Shown piece after piece: positions 30,111 through 38,756 of a DNA stretch of 64,000 bases. The stretch comes from Terriglobia bacterium. Lineage in GTDB: Bacteria; Acidobacteriota; Polarisedimenticolia; Polarisedimenticolales; JAIQFR01. Every line of letters begins with the position of its first letter. The first letter of the stretch is position 1. A model generated the notes under the pieces. It saw only the letters and a list, made by a program, of their open reading frames with translations, did no database searches and was not told where the DNA came from. The stretch spans positions 224,001 through 288,000 of the forward strand of contig CAVVHE010000009.1 in assembly GCA_963748015.1 (NCBI GenBank), written 5' to 3'. Made by a program: the position numbers and the translations under genes.

Positions 30111-30756
30111 GATCCGCGTGCTGATCGCCGACGACCACGCGATGGTGCGGACCGGCTTGCGCGCCCTCCTCGACGCGCAGCCCGACATGGAGGTCGTCGG
30201 AGAAGCCGAGGATGGCCTCGTGGTCGAGACGCGCTGCCGGGAGCTCCTGCCCGACGTGGTCCTCATGGACCTCACGATGCCGGGGCGGGGCGGGATCGCC
30301 GCGGCGGCCGACGTCCGTCGCGCCAGCCCGCGGACGAGGATCATCGTGCTGACGATGCACGAGGACGAGGCTTACGTCCGCCTGGCCGCGAGCGCCGGCG
30401 TGGACGGATACGTCTTGAAGCGCGCGTTGGCGGAAGAGCTGGTGGCCGCGATACGCGACGTGCACGCCGGCGGGCGTCACGCGCCCCCGGAGCTTCGGCA
30501 GGCGTTCTTCCAGCCGGACCAGGAGCCGGAGGCCAAAGAAGGCCATCACGCGGGAGCGCAGGCGCTCACCGAGCGGGAGCGGGAGGTCGTCGGCCTGATC
30601 GCGCTCGGTTACACGAACGCGGAGATCGGCAAGAATCTGCACATCAGCGAGAAGACCGTCGAGACGCACCGGGCCAGGATCCTCTCGAGGCTGGGCTTGC
30701 GCACGAGGGCCGATCTCGTCCGCTTCGCGATAGAACATGGACTGATGAAGTCCTGA
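30103..30756 (+). CDS. NarL/LuxR-family response regulator
   Basis: IADDH, VVLMDLTMP, LTEREREV...ISEKTVETHR. Confidence 0.92.
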   Translation: MSKIRVLIADDHAMVRTGLRALLDAQPDMEVVGEAEDGLVVETRCRELLPDVVLMDLTMPGRGGIAAAADVRRASPRTRIIVLTMHEDEAYVRLAASAGVDGYVLKRALAEELVAAIRDVHAGGRHAPPELRQAFFQPDQEPEAKEGHHAGAQALTEREREVVGLIALGYTNAEIGKNLHISEKTVETHRARILSRLGLRTRADLVRFAIEHGLMKS

Positions 30757-30788
30757 TTGTGGCTCGCCCGCCTTCCCGCGACGCAGAA

Positions 30789-30804
30789 TCAGGGTTTTCC
30801 CCTA
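30789..30804. promoter_or_regulatory. Putative NarL/LuxR-type operator
   Basis: TCAGGGTTTTCCCCTA, an imperfect version of the palindromes at 36761 and 42016. Confidence 0.45.
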
Positions 30805-30864
30805 CCCGCGGCCGGAACGAGTCACCGTATCTTGACTCGGGGTCCCGGCACGGGAGGGTGGATC

Positions 30865-33291
30865 ATGGTGCGCGCGGTCCGTTGCCTTTCGAATCCTGCC
30901 TGTTTCTTCGTCGCCACGCTGCTGGCGGTCGGGACCGTGGCGCTCGCCGCGCCGACAGTGCCCACCGACATCCAGCAGCCGGGAACGCAGCCCGGAGAGG
31001 TGGGGGCGTTCACCTCCCCCGACAACTGCGACAACTGCCACGGCGGGATCACGCAGCCGACGAATCCCACGCTGGAGAAAGAACGCGAGCCCGGCTTCGG
31101 CTGGCGCGGCGGGATGATGGCAAACGCGGGCCGGGATCCCCTCTTCTGGGGGACCCTCGCGGTCGCCGAGCAGGATTTTCTCCCCGGTGCGGACCCGGCC
31201 CAGCGGGGCGGCGCCGGCGATCTTTGCATCCGTTGCCACAGCGTCGGCGGCTGGGTCGCCCAACGCTCGACGCCGACCGACGGTAGCGGCCTGAGCGCGA
31301 CCTCCGACAAGGACGGGGTCGAATGCGAGTTCTGCCACCTGCTCGTCAACCCCGACCCGCCGGTGAACGTCGCCGGATCGACGGAGACCTACAGCACGCC
31401 GTTCGAGCCCTTCGACCCCGCGCCGTCGAACGAGGCATACCGCGGCAGCGGCCAGTACGTTCTCAACGGAAACGGGACGCGGCTGGGCCCGTACAGCGAC
31501 GCGAACGCGAAGCACACCTTTCTCCAGTCGCCCTTCCATCGGCAGGCCGAGCTTTGCGGGACCTGCCACGACGTGAGCAACGCGGCCGTCGGCGACCTCG
31601 CCCACAACAACGGCACGCAGAACCTCCCGCTCGCCGCCGGGACGTTCAGCGGGATCCCCGGCTCTCCCGTGGCCGGGAAGGCCGCCTTCAACAACCCGCC
31701 GTACAAGTACGGGATGGTCGAGCGGACGTCGAGCGAGCACATCGCGGGCGCCTTCGACACCCTCCGCGTGAGCGACTTCTCGACGCTCCCCGCCGACCTC
31801 AAGGTCGCGGGCGGCTCGATCCAGAAGTCCTACCAGAAGGCAATGGACCAGACCGGGAATCCGGCGCGCCCCAACTACAAGGACGGGACGGTCCGCTACT
31901 ACACCTGCCAGACGTGCCACATGGCCGCATCCACGGGCCTCGGCTGCAACAAGGCTGGCACGCCGATTCGCGAGGACCTGCCGCGCCATGACCAGACCGG
32001 CGCCGCCCACTGGATGACCGACGCCGTCAAGTACATGGACACGCGGGGCACCCTTCGCCTCGGAGGCGGCCTCACCCAGATCCAGAAGGACGCGCTCGAC
32101 GCCGGGAAGGTGCGCGCACAGGAGATGCTCCGGAGCGCCGGGTCGGTCTCGGCGGCGCAGCAGGGGAGCAACCTGGCCGTGCGGGTGACCAACCTGACCG
32201 CTCACAAGCTGATCTCGGGGTATCCCGAAGGGCGGAGGCTGTGGCTCAACCTGAAGTGGTTCGACGCGGGCAACGCCCTGATTCGCGAGGACGGCGCCTA
32301 CGGGAACATCGGGCGCACGGTGCAGGACAACGCCGGCGTCTCGCACCAGGTCCAGTCCCTTCTCGACCTCCACGGCACCGTCCTCTACGAGGCGAAGCCC
32401 GGAATGGACCAGCAATGGGCAAGCCAGCTCGTCGCGCTCGGATACCCCACGGGCCTGGTGCTCGAGTACGACCGAATCACCGACGCCGCCGCGCACACGC
32501 TCGGCGGCCTCGCGACGTCGCCCGCGGGGACGCAGTTCCATACCTTCCATTTCGTCCTGAACAACGTCATGACCGGAGACACCCGGATCCCGCCGTACGG
32601 GTTCAGGTACGACGAGGCCCGGACGCGCAACGCGCTGCCCGTACCCGCCTCCCAGTACGGCAGCCCGGGTTCCGGCGGGACCTACAACTACTGGGACGAG
32701 CGGCCGTTCGCGATCCCGCCCGGCGCGGCGCGCGTCGAGGTCCGGCTCCTCTACCAGCAGACGTCATGGGAGTACGTGCAGTTCCTCTGGAAGGCGAACG
32801 ACCGGCTGAACACCTTCCTCGCCGACGAGGGGGTCAATCTCCTGGACGCATGGCTCAATACCGGGCAGGCCGCCCCCTTCGAGATCTCGCTGGCGACGGC
32901 GACCGTGAGCGCGCCGGTCTCGACCCCTGGCGAGGCCTCGGATCCGAGCGTCCTGGGGAGCCAGATGACGGCGAGCCGCAACCCGGCGACCGGGACGATC
33001 GACGTCACCTACGCGATGCCTTGCTCCACCACGAACCACCGGATCGTCTATGGACCGCTGGCGAGCCTCGCGACCTACGGATGGTCGGGTATGGCGTGCG
33101 GCGCGGGAACGAGCGGGACGGCGTCCTTCGATCCCGGGGCGGGAGACGCGTTCTTCGTGATCGTCGCGAACGATGCGAGCGCGGAAGGCTCGTACGGCAG
33201 GAGGAGCGACGGCGCCGAGCGCCCGGAGGCCACGGGACTGGGTGCGTGCGATCTGCCGCAGAACCTTGCGTCCCGCTGCGACGCGCCGTAG
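30865..33291 (+). CDS. Secreted pentaheme c-type cytochrome with extra C-terminal domain
   Basis: Signal peptide; five CxxCH motifs (CDNCH, CIRCH, CEFCH, CGTCH, CQTCH); GGGAGGG SD. Confidence 0.85.
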   Translation: MVRAVRCLSNPACFFVATLLAVGTVALAAPTVPTDIQQPGTQPGEVGAFTSPDNCDNCHGGITQPTNPTLEKEREPGFGWRGGMMANAGRDPLFWGTLAVAEQDFLPGADPAQRGGAGDLCIRCHSVGGWVAQRSTPTDGSGLSATSDKDGVECEFCHLLVNPDPPVNVAGSTETYSTPFEPFDPAPSNEAYRGSGQYVLNGNGTRLGPYSDANAKHTFLQSPFHRQAELCGTCHDVSNAAVGDLAHNNGTQNLPLAAGTFSGIPGSPVAGKAAFNNPPYKYGMVERTSSEHIAGAFDTLRVSDFSTLPADLKVAGGSIQKSYQKAMDQTGNPARPNYKDGTVRYYTCQTCHMAASTGLGCNKAGTPIREDLPRHDQTGAAHWMTDAVKYMDTRGTLRLGGGLTQIQKDALDAGKVRAQEMLRSAGSVSAAQQGSNLAVRVTNLTAHKLISGYPEGRRLWLNLKWFDAGNALIREDGAYGNIGRTVQDNAGVSHQVQSLLDLHGTVLYEAKPGMDQQWASQLVALGYPTGLVLEYDRITDAAAHTLGGLATSPAGTQFHTFHFVLNNVMTGDTRIPPYGFRYDEARTRNALPVPASQYGSPGSGGTYNYWDERPFAIPPGAARVEVRLLYQQTSWEYVQFLWKANDRLNTFLADEGVNLLDAWLNTGQAAPFEISLATATVSAPVSTPGEASDPSVLGSQMTASRNPATGTIDVTYAMPCSTTNHRIVYGPLASLATYGWSGMACGAGTSGTASFDPGAGDAFFVIVANDASAEGSYGRRSDGAERPEATGLGACDLPQNLASRCDAP

Positions 33292-33353
33292 CCTGTCGGC
33301 GATCGTTCGCTCGCTGCCGGTACGGGCCGCCCGGACTCGAGGGGAGGGGAACG

Positions 33354-33890
33354 ATGCCGCGCCCCGGACCCATTCACGTCGTGCTCGCCGACGATCACGT
33401 GAGGCTCGAATCCCTCCTCGGCCGCGCGACGGCCGGCCCCGGGGAGCTGGCCGCCGCTCCGTTCGAGGAGTTCCGCGCCGGGATCCTGCGTCACATCGCC
33501 CTGGAGGAGAAGATCCTGCTACCCGCGGCGCGGCGCGCCAACGGGGGAACCCCGCTTCCCATGGCGCGGCGGCTCCGTGTGGAGCACGGGGCGATCGCGA
33601 TGCTGCTGGTGCCCACGCCCAGCCGGGAGCTCGTCGGCGAGCTCCGGTCAATCCTCGCGGGCCACAACGTGATCGAGGAAGGGCCGGCCGGCCTCTACGA
33701 GCTGTCCGATCGGCTGCTCGCCGGCGAGTTCGAGGCGGTGCTCGATCGGCTGCGGCGTTACCCGCCGGTCAAGGTCGCGCCGCACTTCGACGGGCCGGGG
33801 GTGTGCCGCACCGCGGAGGAAGCGCTGCGTCTCTCGAGCCTTCAGGGCTCGAGGGCTCCATCGGATTCCGGTGACGGAGCCTCCGGCTAG
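33354..33890 (+). CDS. Hemerythrin-like (HHE) domain protein
   Basis: DH...RHIALEE...EH...HNVIEE metal-ligand pattern. Confidence 0.75.
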   Translation: MPRPGPIHVVLADDHVRLESLLGRATAGPGELAAAPFEEFRAGILRHIALEEKILLPAARRANGGTPLPMARRLRVEHGAIAMLLVPTPSRELVGELRSILAGHNVIEEGPAGLYELSDRLLAGEFEAVLDRLRRYPPVKVAPHFDGPGVCRTAEEALRLSSLQGSRAPSDSGDGASG

Positions 33891-34010
33891 CCGAGCGCCG
33901 GGTCCCACCGACACCGCCTCGAGGCCGTGCGGCGGCAAATCCGTGCATCCGTTGCTTCTTCACCGTATGTTCCGCTAGGATCCACGAACACAGATGGAGG
34001 GAAGCGGACG

Positions 34011-34805
34011 ATGACACGGACGAGGACGATCGCAGCGTTCGTCTTGCTCTTGGTCGCGGGGCTCGTCGCCTTGCCGGCGCTCGCCCAGGAGCAGGACGTG
34101 AAGGCCGACATCGAGGCCCTCAAGAAGGGCCAGCAGGAGATCCTCCAGCAGCTCCAGGAGATGAAGAAGCTGCTCCAGGGCCAGGCCCAAGCCCAGGCCC
34201 GCCCCGCGGGCCCCAACGTCAAGGACGTCGTGTTCGACATGGGGGACAACCCGGTCCGCGGGAGCAGCACCGCGAAATTGACGCTGATCGAGTTCACCGA
34301 TTACCAGTGACCGTACTGCAGTCGGGTCGTCCGGGAGACGTACCCGCAGATTCAAAAGGAATACATCGACACCGGCAAGCTGCGCTACGTGGTGATGGAT
34401 TTCCCCCTCGAGTCGATCCACAACAAGGCGTTCAAGGCCGCCGAGGCGACCCACTGCGCGCAGGACCAGGGTAAGTTCTGGGAGATGCACGACCGGCTGT
34501 TCACCAACCAGCAGGCCCTCGAGCCGTGGAAGGCCCACGCGGAAGCGATCGGCCTCGACGTCGCCAAGTTCGAGGAGTGCATGAGCAGCGGCAAGCACGC
34601 GCCGAACATCCGCAAGGAGCTGGCCGAGGGCCAGAAGGCGGGGGTCACGGGGACGCCGAGCAGCGTCCTCGCGCTCACGGACCCGAAAGACCCCAAGAAG
34701 GTGAAGGGCCTGGCCTTCATCCGGGGCGCTCAGCCCTTCGACGGCTTCAAGACCGAGATCGAGAAGGGACTCGCCGGGCTCGCGCCCGCGCCGGGAGCGA
34801 AGTAG
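34011..34805 (+). CDS. DsbA/thioredoxin-fold oxidoreductase, probable selenoprotein (UPYC active site; TGA at 34308)
   Basis: Two same-frame ORFs joined by one TGA give TLIEFTDYQ-U-PYC...DFPL..H..AAEA..CA..QGKFWEMHD...GVTGTP...GAQP; SECIS-like hairpin follows the TGA. Confidence 0.85.
34316..34349 (+). promoter_or_regulatory. Putative bacterial SECIS element
   Basis: CGGGT-CGTC [CGGGA] GACG-T-ACCCG stem-loop (34323..34346) starting 12 nt after the UGA; G-rich apical loop and bulged U. Confidence 0.65.
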
Positions 34806-34854
34806 CCGCGGCCGCTTCGGGCCGAATCCCGACGCGACCTTCCGACTCGGGACA

Positions 34855-36642
34855 CTAGTCGCAGGCGGCGTTGACGCGGGACCCGCCCCAGCCGGCGCCT
34901 CCGCAGGCGTTCCGGGCGCGGACCAGGTAGTAGAACGCGACGCCGGGGCCGGGGACCTCGGTGTCGCTCGCGCCCGCCGCCGTCAGGTCGTTGGCGAAGC
35001 AGGCCGCGCCGGAGATGCCGCCGCTCGCACGCAGCGACGCGATGTCTCCGCGGACCAGGTCGTACCGCGTGCCGCTCCCGGTTTCGGCGCCCTGGTCCGT
35101 CCACTGCAGCACGCCGGAGCCGGCGACGAGAAGGTCCTGGATGGCGATGGGCGCGGCGAACGCCGAGGCGTCGGCGGGCGCGCAGTCGCAAGCGTCGGGT
35201 GCCGGATCGGCGTCGGACATCGGAAGCGTCAGCGCCGCGTAGGCGTCGAGCATCCCGTACCCCGTGACGTTGTTGGGGAAGGTCCCCACGGGGATGCCGC
35301 CGCAGGTTTGCGCCAGCGTGTTGCCCACGTTCGTGGAAGCCGACTTGGTCAACGCGCACTCGGTGAGGCCGATCTGCCCGCGAAGGGCCGGCCGGTACGA
35401 CCAGAGCAGGGCCACGGAGCCCGCGACGTGCGGGGCCGCCATGGAGGTTCCGCTCTTGGTCGAGTACCTCCCGTCGGGGATCGACGAGTTGACCAGGTTT
35501 CCGGGAGCGGTCAGGTCGGGCTTCAAGCGACCCGAACCGTCCACCGTGACCGGTCCCCGGCTCGCGAAACCCGTAACGTTGCGTGAAGAGTCCGCGGCGG
35601 TCACCGAGAACGTCTCGTCGTAGATCTCCGGGGGGACGTCGATGGTCGAGCAGGCCGACCCCGTGTTCCCCGCGGAGTTCGCCTGGAAGATCCCCGCCTG
35701 GCGGAGCCGCGCGGTCGCCTCGTGAAGCGATTCGGCGTCGCACCCTTCGAGAGGGGGGCAAGACCAGGAGTTGTTGACGACCTGCGGCGCGAGATCGGGG
35801 CGGCCGTCGGTCAGGGGGTTGCCGCCCTGCGGGTAAGGCGCCAGCTCCCACTCCATGCAGTCGATGTAGCTCGCCGGCGTTCCGTACCCTCCCGACATGT
35901 TCTTGCACGCGATGAACTTCGCTCCCGGAGCCGCGCCGATCTGGTTCGTGCCCCCGTCGTCGCCCACCATGATGCCGGCGACGTGCGTGCCGTGGCTGTT
36001 GTCGTCGTAAGGGATCGTGTAGGTTCCGAACGCATCGTGCCACGCGTAGCGGTGATCGGCCTCGCCGATCGAAGCGTCGTAGCCGCGGTACTTGAGCACC
36101 AGCGCGGGGTGAGCCCAATCCACGCCGGTGTCCGCCGTGGCGACCACGATCCCCTCGCCGTGGTTTCCGAGACCGGACCAGATCTCCGGAACGCGCACCA
36201 TCGTGAGGTTCCACGGTACATAAAGCGGCCGCGGCGGGTCCGGGGCGGTCCAACCCGCCGGGGCGGCGACGCCGCGAACGAGCGGGTTGCCGGCGATCCG
36301 CGCGACGTCACCGCGGGCCGCGAGCGAGCGGGCCAGCGCCAGGTCGCCGCGAACCAGCACGGCGTTCACGATGTGGAAGGGGCGCGCGACGACGCCCTGG
36401 GCCCGAAGCTCCGATAGCAGCGGGGCCTGGCTCTCGCGTGCCGACGCCGCCAGCGCCTTGTACAGCTCTTCCGGAGACATCGCCCGGTCGAGCGGCGGAC
36501 GGTCCTCGGAACCGAGCACGACGAGGAGCTCCGCCGATCGTCCCTTGTCGAGCCGCTCGAGGAGCCAGGGGGAGATTTTGACGTCGGCGGCGAAAGTGGT
36601 GGAGCCGAGGACAAGCGACACGACGAGGATTAGGTTTCGCAT
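34855..36642 (-). CDS. Secreted S8 subtilisin-like serine peptidase (bacillopeptidase F-like) with C-terminal domain
   Basis: Catalytic DTG, HGTH, GTSMAAPHVAG; signal and propeptide. Confidence 0.9.
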   Translation of the reverse strand: MRNLILVVSLVLGSTTFAADVKISPWLLERLDKGRSAELLVVLGSEDRPPLDRAMSPEELYKALAASARESQAPLLSELRAQGVVARPFHIVNAVLVRGDLALARSLAARGDVARIAGNPLVRGVAAPAGWTAPDPPRPLYVPWNLTMVRVPEIWSGLGNHGEGIVVATADTGVDWAHPALVLKYRGYDASIGEADHRYAWHDAFGTYTIPYDDNSHGTHVAGIMVGDDGGTNQIGAAPGAKFIACKNMSGGYGTPASYIDCMEWELAPYPQGGNPLTDGRPDLAPQVVNNSWSCPPLEGCDAESLHEATARLRQAGIFQANSAGNTGSACSTIDVPPEIYDETFSVTAADSSRNVTGFASRGPVTVDGSGRLKPDLTAPGNLVNSSIPDGRYSTKSGTSMAAPHVAGSVALLWSYRPALRGQIGLTECALTKSASTNVGNTLAQTCGGIPVGTFPNNVTGYGMLDAYAALTLPMSDADPAPDACDCAPADASAFAAPIAIQDLLVAGSGVLQWTDQGAETGSGTRYDLVRGDIASLRASGGISGAACFANDLTAAGASDTEVPGPGVAFYYLVRARNACGGAGWGGSRVNAACD

Positions 36643-36677
36643 GGCGAGACGGTACCGCGGTCCGCGGGCACGGACAA

Positions 36678-36776
36678 TCGGGGGTTTCCCGAGGTCGGGC
36701 TATCCGCGGCGGCCAACACGCGGGAAATCCCCCGTCCCGAAAAAGGCGCGGCCTCGCTTCTAGGGGATTCCCCTAG
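36678..36776. promoter_or_regulatory. Cluster of palindromic operator-like sites upstream of the S8 peptidase
   Basis: Perfect CTAGGGGA-T-TCCCCTAG (36760..36776); degenerate TCGGGGGTTTCCCGA (36678..36692) and CGGGAAATCCCCCG (~36721). Confidence 0.55.
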
Positions 36777-36950
36777 CCGAGACTTGACCGGTCCTCCCGG
36801 GCGGTCATCGCACGGCTCCTCCGGATCTCGCGGAAGTTGTACGATGGCCTCCATCGCGGGGAGGCCCGCGGGCGCGTAACACCTCGAGAGCGGGAGCCCA
36901 TTGTGGGATGCTCCCCGGCCCGCGGTCCCCCTCGAGCGGGGGAGGGTGCC

Positions 36951-38186
36951 GTGCGCGTCGTGATCGTCGGAGCAGGGGTCATCGGGACCGCGTCGGCGCT
37001 CGACCTCGCCCGGAGGGGTGCGGAGGTCACGCTTCTCGATCGCGGAAGCGTGGGGGGCGGCTGCTCCTACGGCAACGCGGGCTGGCTGACGCCGTGCTTC
37101 GCCACGCCCCTTCCCGCGCCCGGCGTGCTGACCACGAGCCTGCGCTGGCTCACCGATCCCGACAGCCCCCTGTACATCGCCCCCTCGCCCCGTCCCGACC
37201 GGCTGGCATGGCTGGCGCGCTTCGCGCTCTCGACGTCGGCGGACCAGTTCGAGCAGGGGACGAGGGCGCTCCTCGCACTGTCCCTGTTCAGTCTCGATGC
37301 CTTCGCCAACCTCGATCGCGAATTCCCCGGCTCGTTCGGCTTCGCGCGGAAGGGCCTGCTGATGCTCGCGCAGACGCCCGAGGGGCTCGAATCGGCGCGC
37401 CACGACGCGGGGCTGATCGGTAAGCACGGCGTGCCGGCGCAGGTCCTCGACGCGAGGCAGGCGAGGGACCTCGAGCCGGCGCTCAGGGACCCGGTCGCGG
37501 GCGGCGTGTTCTATCCCACGGCGGCCCACTGCGAGCCGCTCGCGGCCGTCGAGACGATGGCGGCGGCGGCCCGCGCCGCGGGGGCTCGTGTCGAGACCGG
37601 CGTCGAGGCCTTCGGCTTCCGGACGAGCGGCTCGCGCATCGAGGCCCTCCGGACGACGCGGGGCGACTTCGAGGCGGACCGTTTCGCGCTCGCGGTCGGC
37701 TCGTGGTCGAAGAGCCTCGCGCGGCTCCTCGGACTGCGGTTGCCGGTCCTCGGCGGCAAGGGGTACGCGGTGGTCGTGAAGACGTTCGATCCCGCACCTC
37801 GCGTGCCGATCAAGGTGATCGAGCGGCGGATCGCGATCACGCCGCGCGACGGCAGCGTCCGCCTCGCGGGCACGCTCGAGCTGGTGGACGGCGATGAGAG
37901 CATCACCGCGCGGCGGGTGGACGCCATCGTTCGGGGCTCGAGGACCGTGCTGAGCGTCCCCGATCCACCGGAGATCGTCGAGGTCTGGCGCGGCCTCCGC
38001 CCCTGCACCCCCGACGGCCTGCCCGTCATCGGGTTCGCGGCCCCCTTCGACAACCTCGTCGTGGCGACCGGCCACCAGATGTGCGGCCTCCACACGGCGC
38101 CGGGCACCGGCCGGCTGGTCGCCGACCTGCTGACCGGCACACCTCCGACCTTCGATCCCGAGCCGTTCCGCGCGGACCGGTTCTGA
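36951..38186 (+). CDS. FAD-dependent D-amino acid dehydrogenase/oxidase (DadA/DAO family)
   Basis: VVIVGAGVIG, CSYGNAG, GKGY, VRLAGTLEL, WRGLRPCTPDGLPVIG, ATGHQMCG. Confidence 0.88.
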   Translation: MRVVIVGAGVIGTASALDLARRGAEVTLLDRGSVGGGCSYGNAGWLTPCFATPLPAPGVLTTSLRWLTDPDSPLYIAPSPRPDRLAWLARFALSTSADQFEQGTRALLALSLFSLDAFANLDREFPGSFGFARKGLLMLAQTPEGLESARHDAGLIGKHGVPAQVLDARQARDLEPALRDPVAGGVFYPTAAHCEPLAAVETMAAAARAAGARVETGVEAFGFRTSGSRIEALRTTRGDFEADRFALAVGSWSKSLARLLGLRLPVLGGKGYAVVVKTFDPAPRVPIKVIERRIAITPRDGSVRLAGTLELVDGDESITARRVDAIVRGSRTVLSVPDPPEIVEVWRGLRPCTPDGLPVIGFAAPFDNLVVATGHQMCGLHTAPGTGRLVADLLTGTPPTFDPEPFRADRF

Positions 38187-38204
38187 GCCGAATCCGGGCG
38201 GGAT

Positions 38205-38654
38205 TCAGTCGAGGGCTGAGTTCTCGGGGGGACGAACGCGTGCGCGGTGCGCGCCGGAGTGAAGCGGGCGCTTCCCCCTGGCTGCTCCGGCAAGGAGAGC
38301 GGGTAGCTGCTCGGTCAGCTCGGTCTTCGCGACGAACGCGTCCGCGCCCGCCATCCACGCTTCGAGACGAACGGATTCGGAGTCGGCGAACGACGTGACC
38401 ACGACGAGGGGCGCGTCCTCGAGAGCCTTGATGCGTCTCGCCGTTTCGAGTCCCTCGAGGCCGGGGAGCACGCCGCCGACGAGAACGACGTCGGGCTTCA
38501 GTCGCGCGACCGCCTCCAGCGCTTCTTCACCGTCGGGCGCCCAGCCGACGAAGGCCAGCGACGGCTCCGAGGCGAGCCAGTCGCGCGCGAGCGCGACGAA
38601 GGTCTCGTCGTCGTCCGCCACGAGGACCCGGATCGGTTCGGGGCGCGCCGCCAT
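38205..38654 (-). CDS. Stand-alone receiver-domain protein (atypical, phosphoacceptor Asp replaced by Gly)
   Basis: VADDD...PDVVLVGGVLPGLEG...VVVTS...GADAFVAK. Confidence 0.8.
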   Translation of the reverse strand: MAARPEPIRVLVADDDETFVALARDWLASEPSLAFVGWAPDGEEALEAVARLKPDVVLVGGVLPGLEGLETARRIKALEDAPLVVVTSFADSESVRLEAWMAGADAFVAKTELTEQLPALLAGAARGKRPLHSGAHRARVRPPENSALD

Positions 38655-38691
38655 GGTGCGTTTCCTCTCGTGGTGCGAGGCGTGGTGAGGA

Positions 38692-38720
38692 GGGCGGCGG
38701 GCCCACGAGGCCCGCCGCCC
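38692..38720. terminator. GC-rich hairpin downstream of the metalloprotease gene (no clear U-tract)
   Basis: GGGCGGCGGGCC-CACGA-GGCCCGCCGCCC 12-bp stem. Confidence 0.5.
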
Positions 38721-38756
38721 CCTCCGGCGTTGAAGAACGGTTCGCTGCGATCGCGG

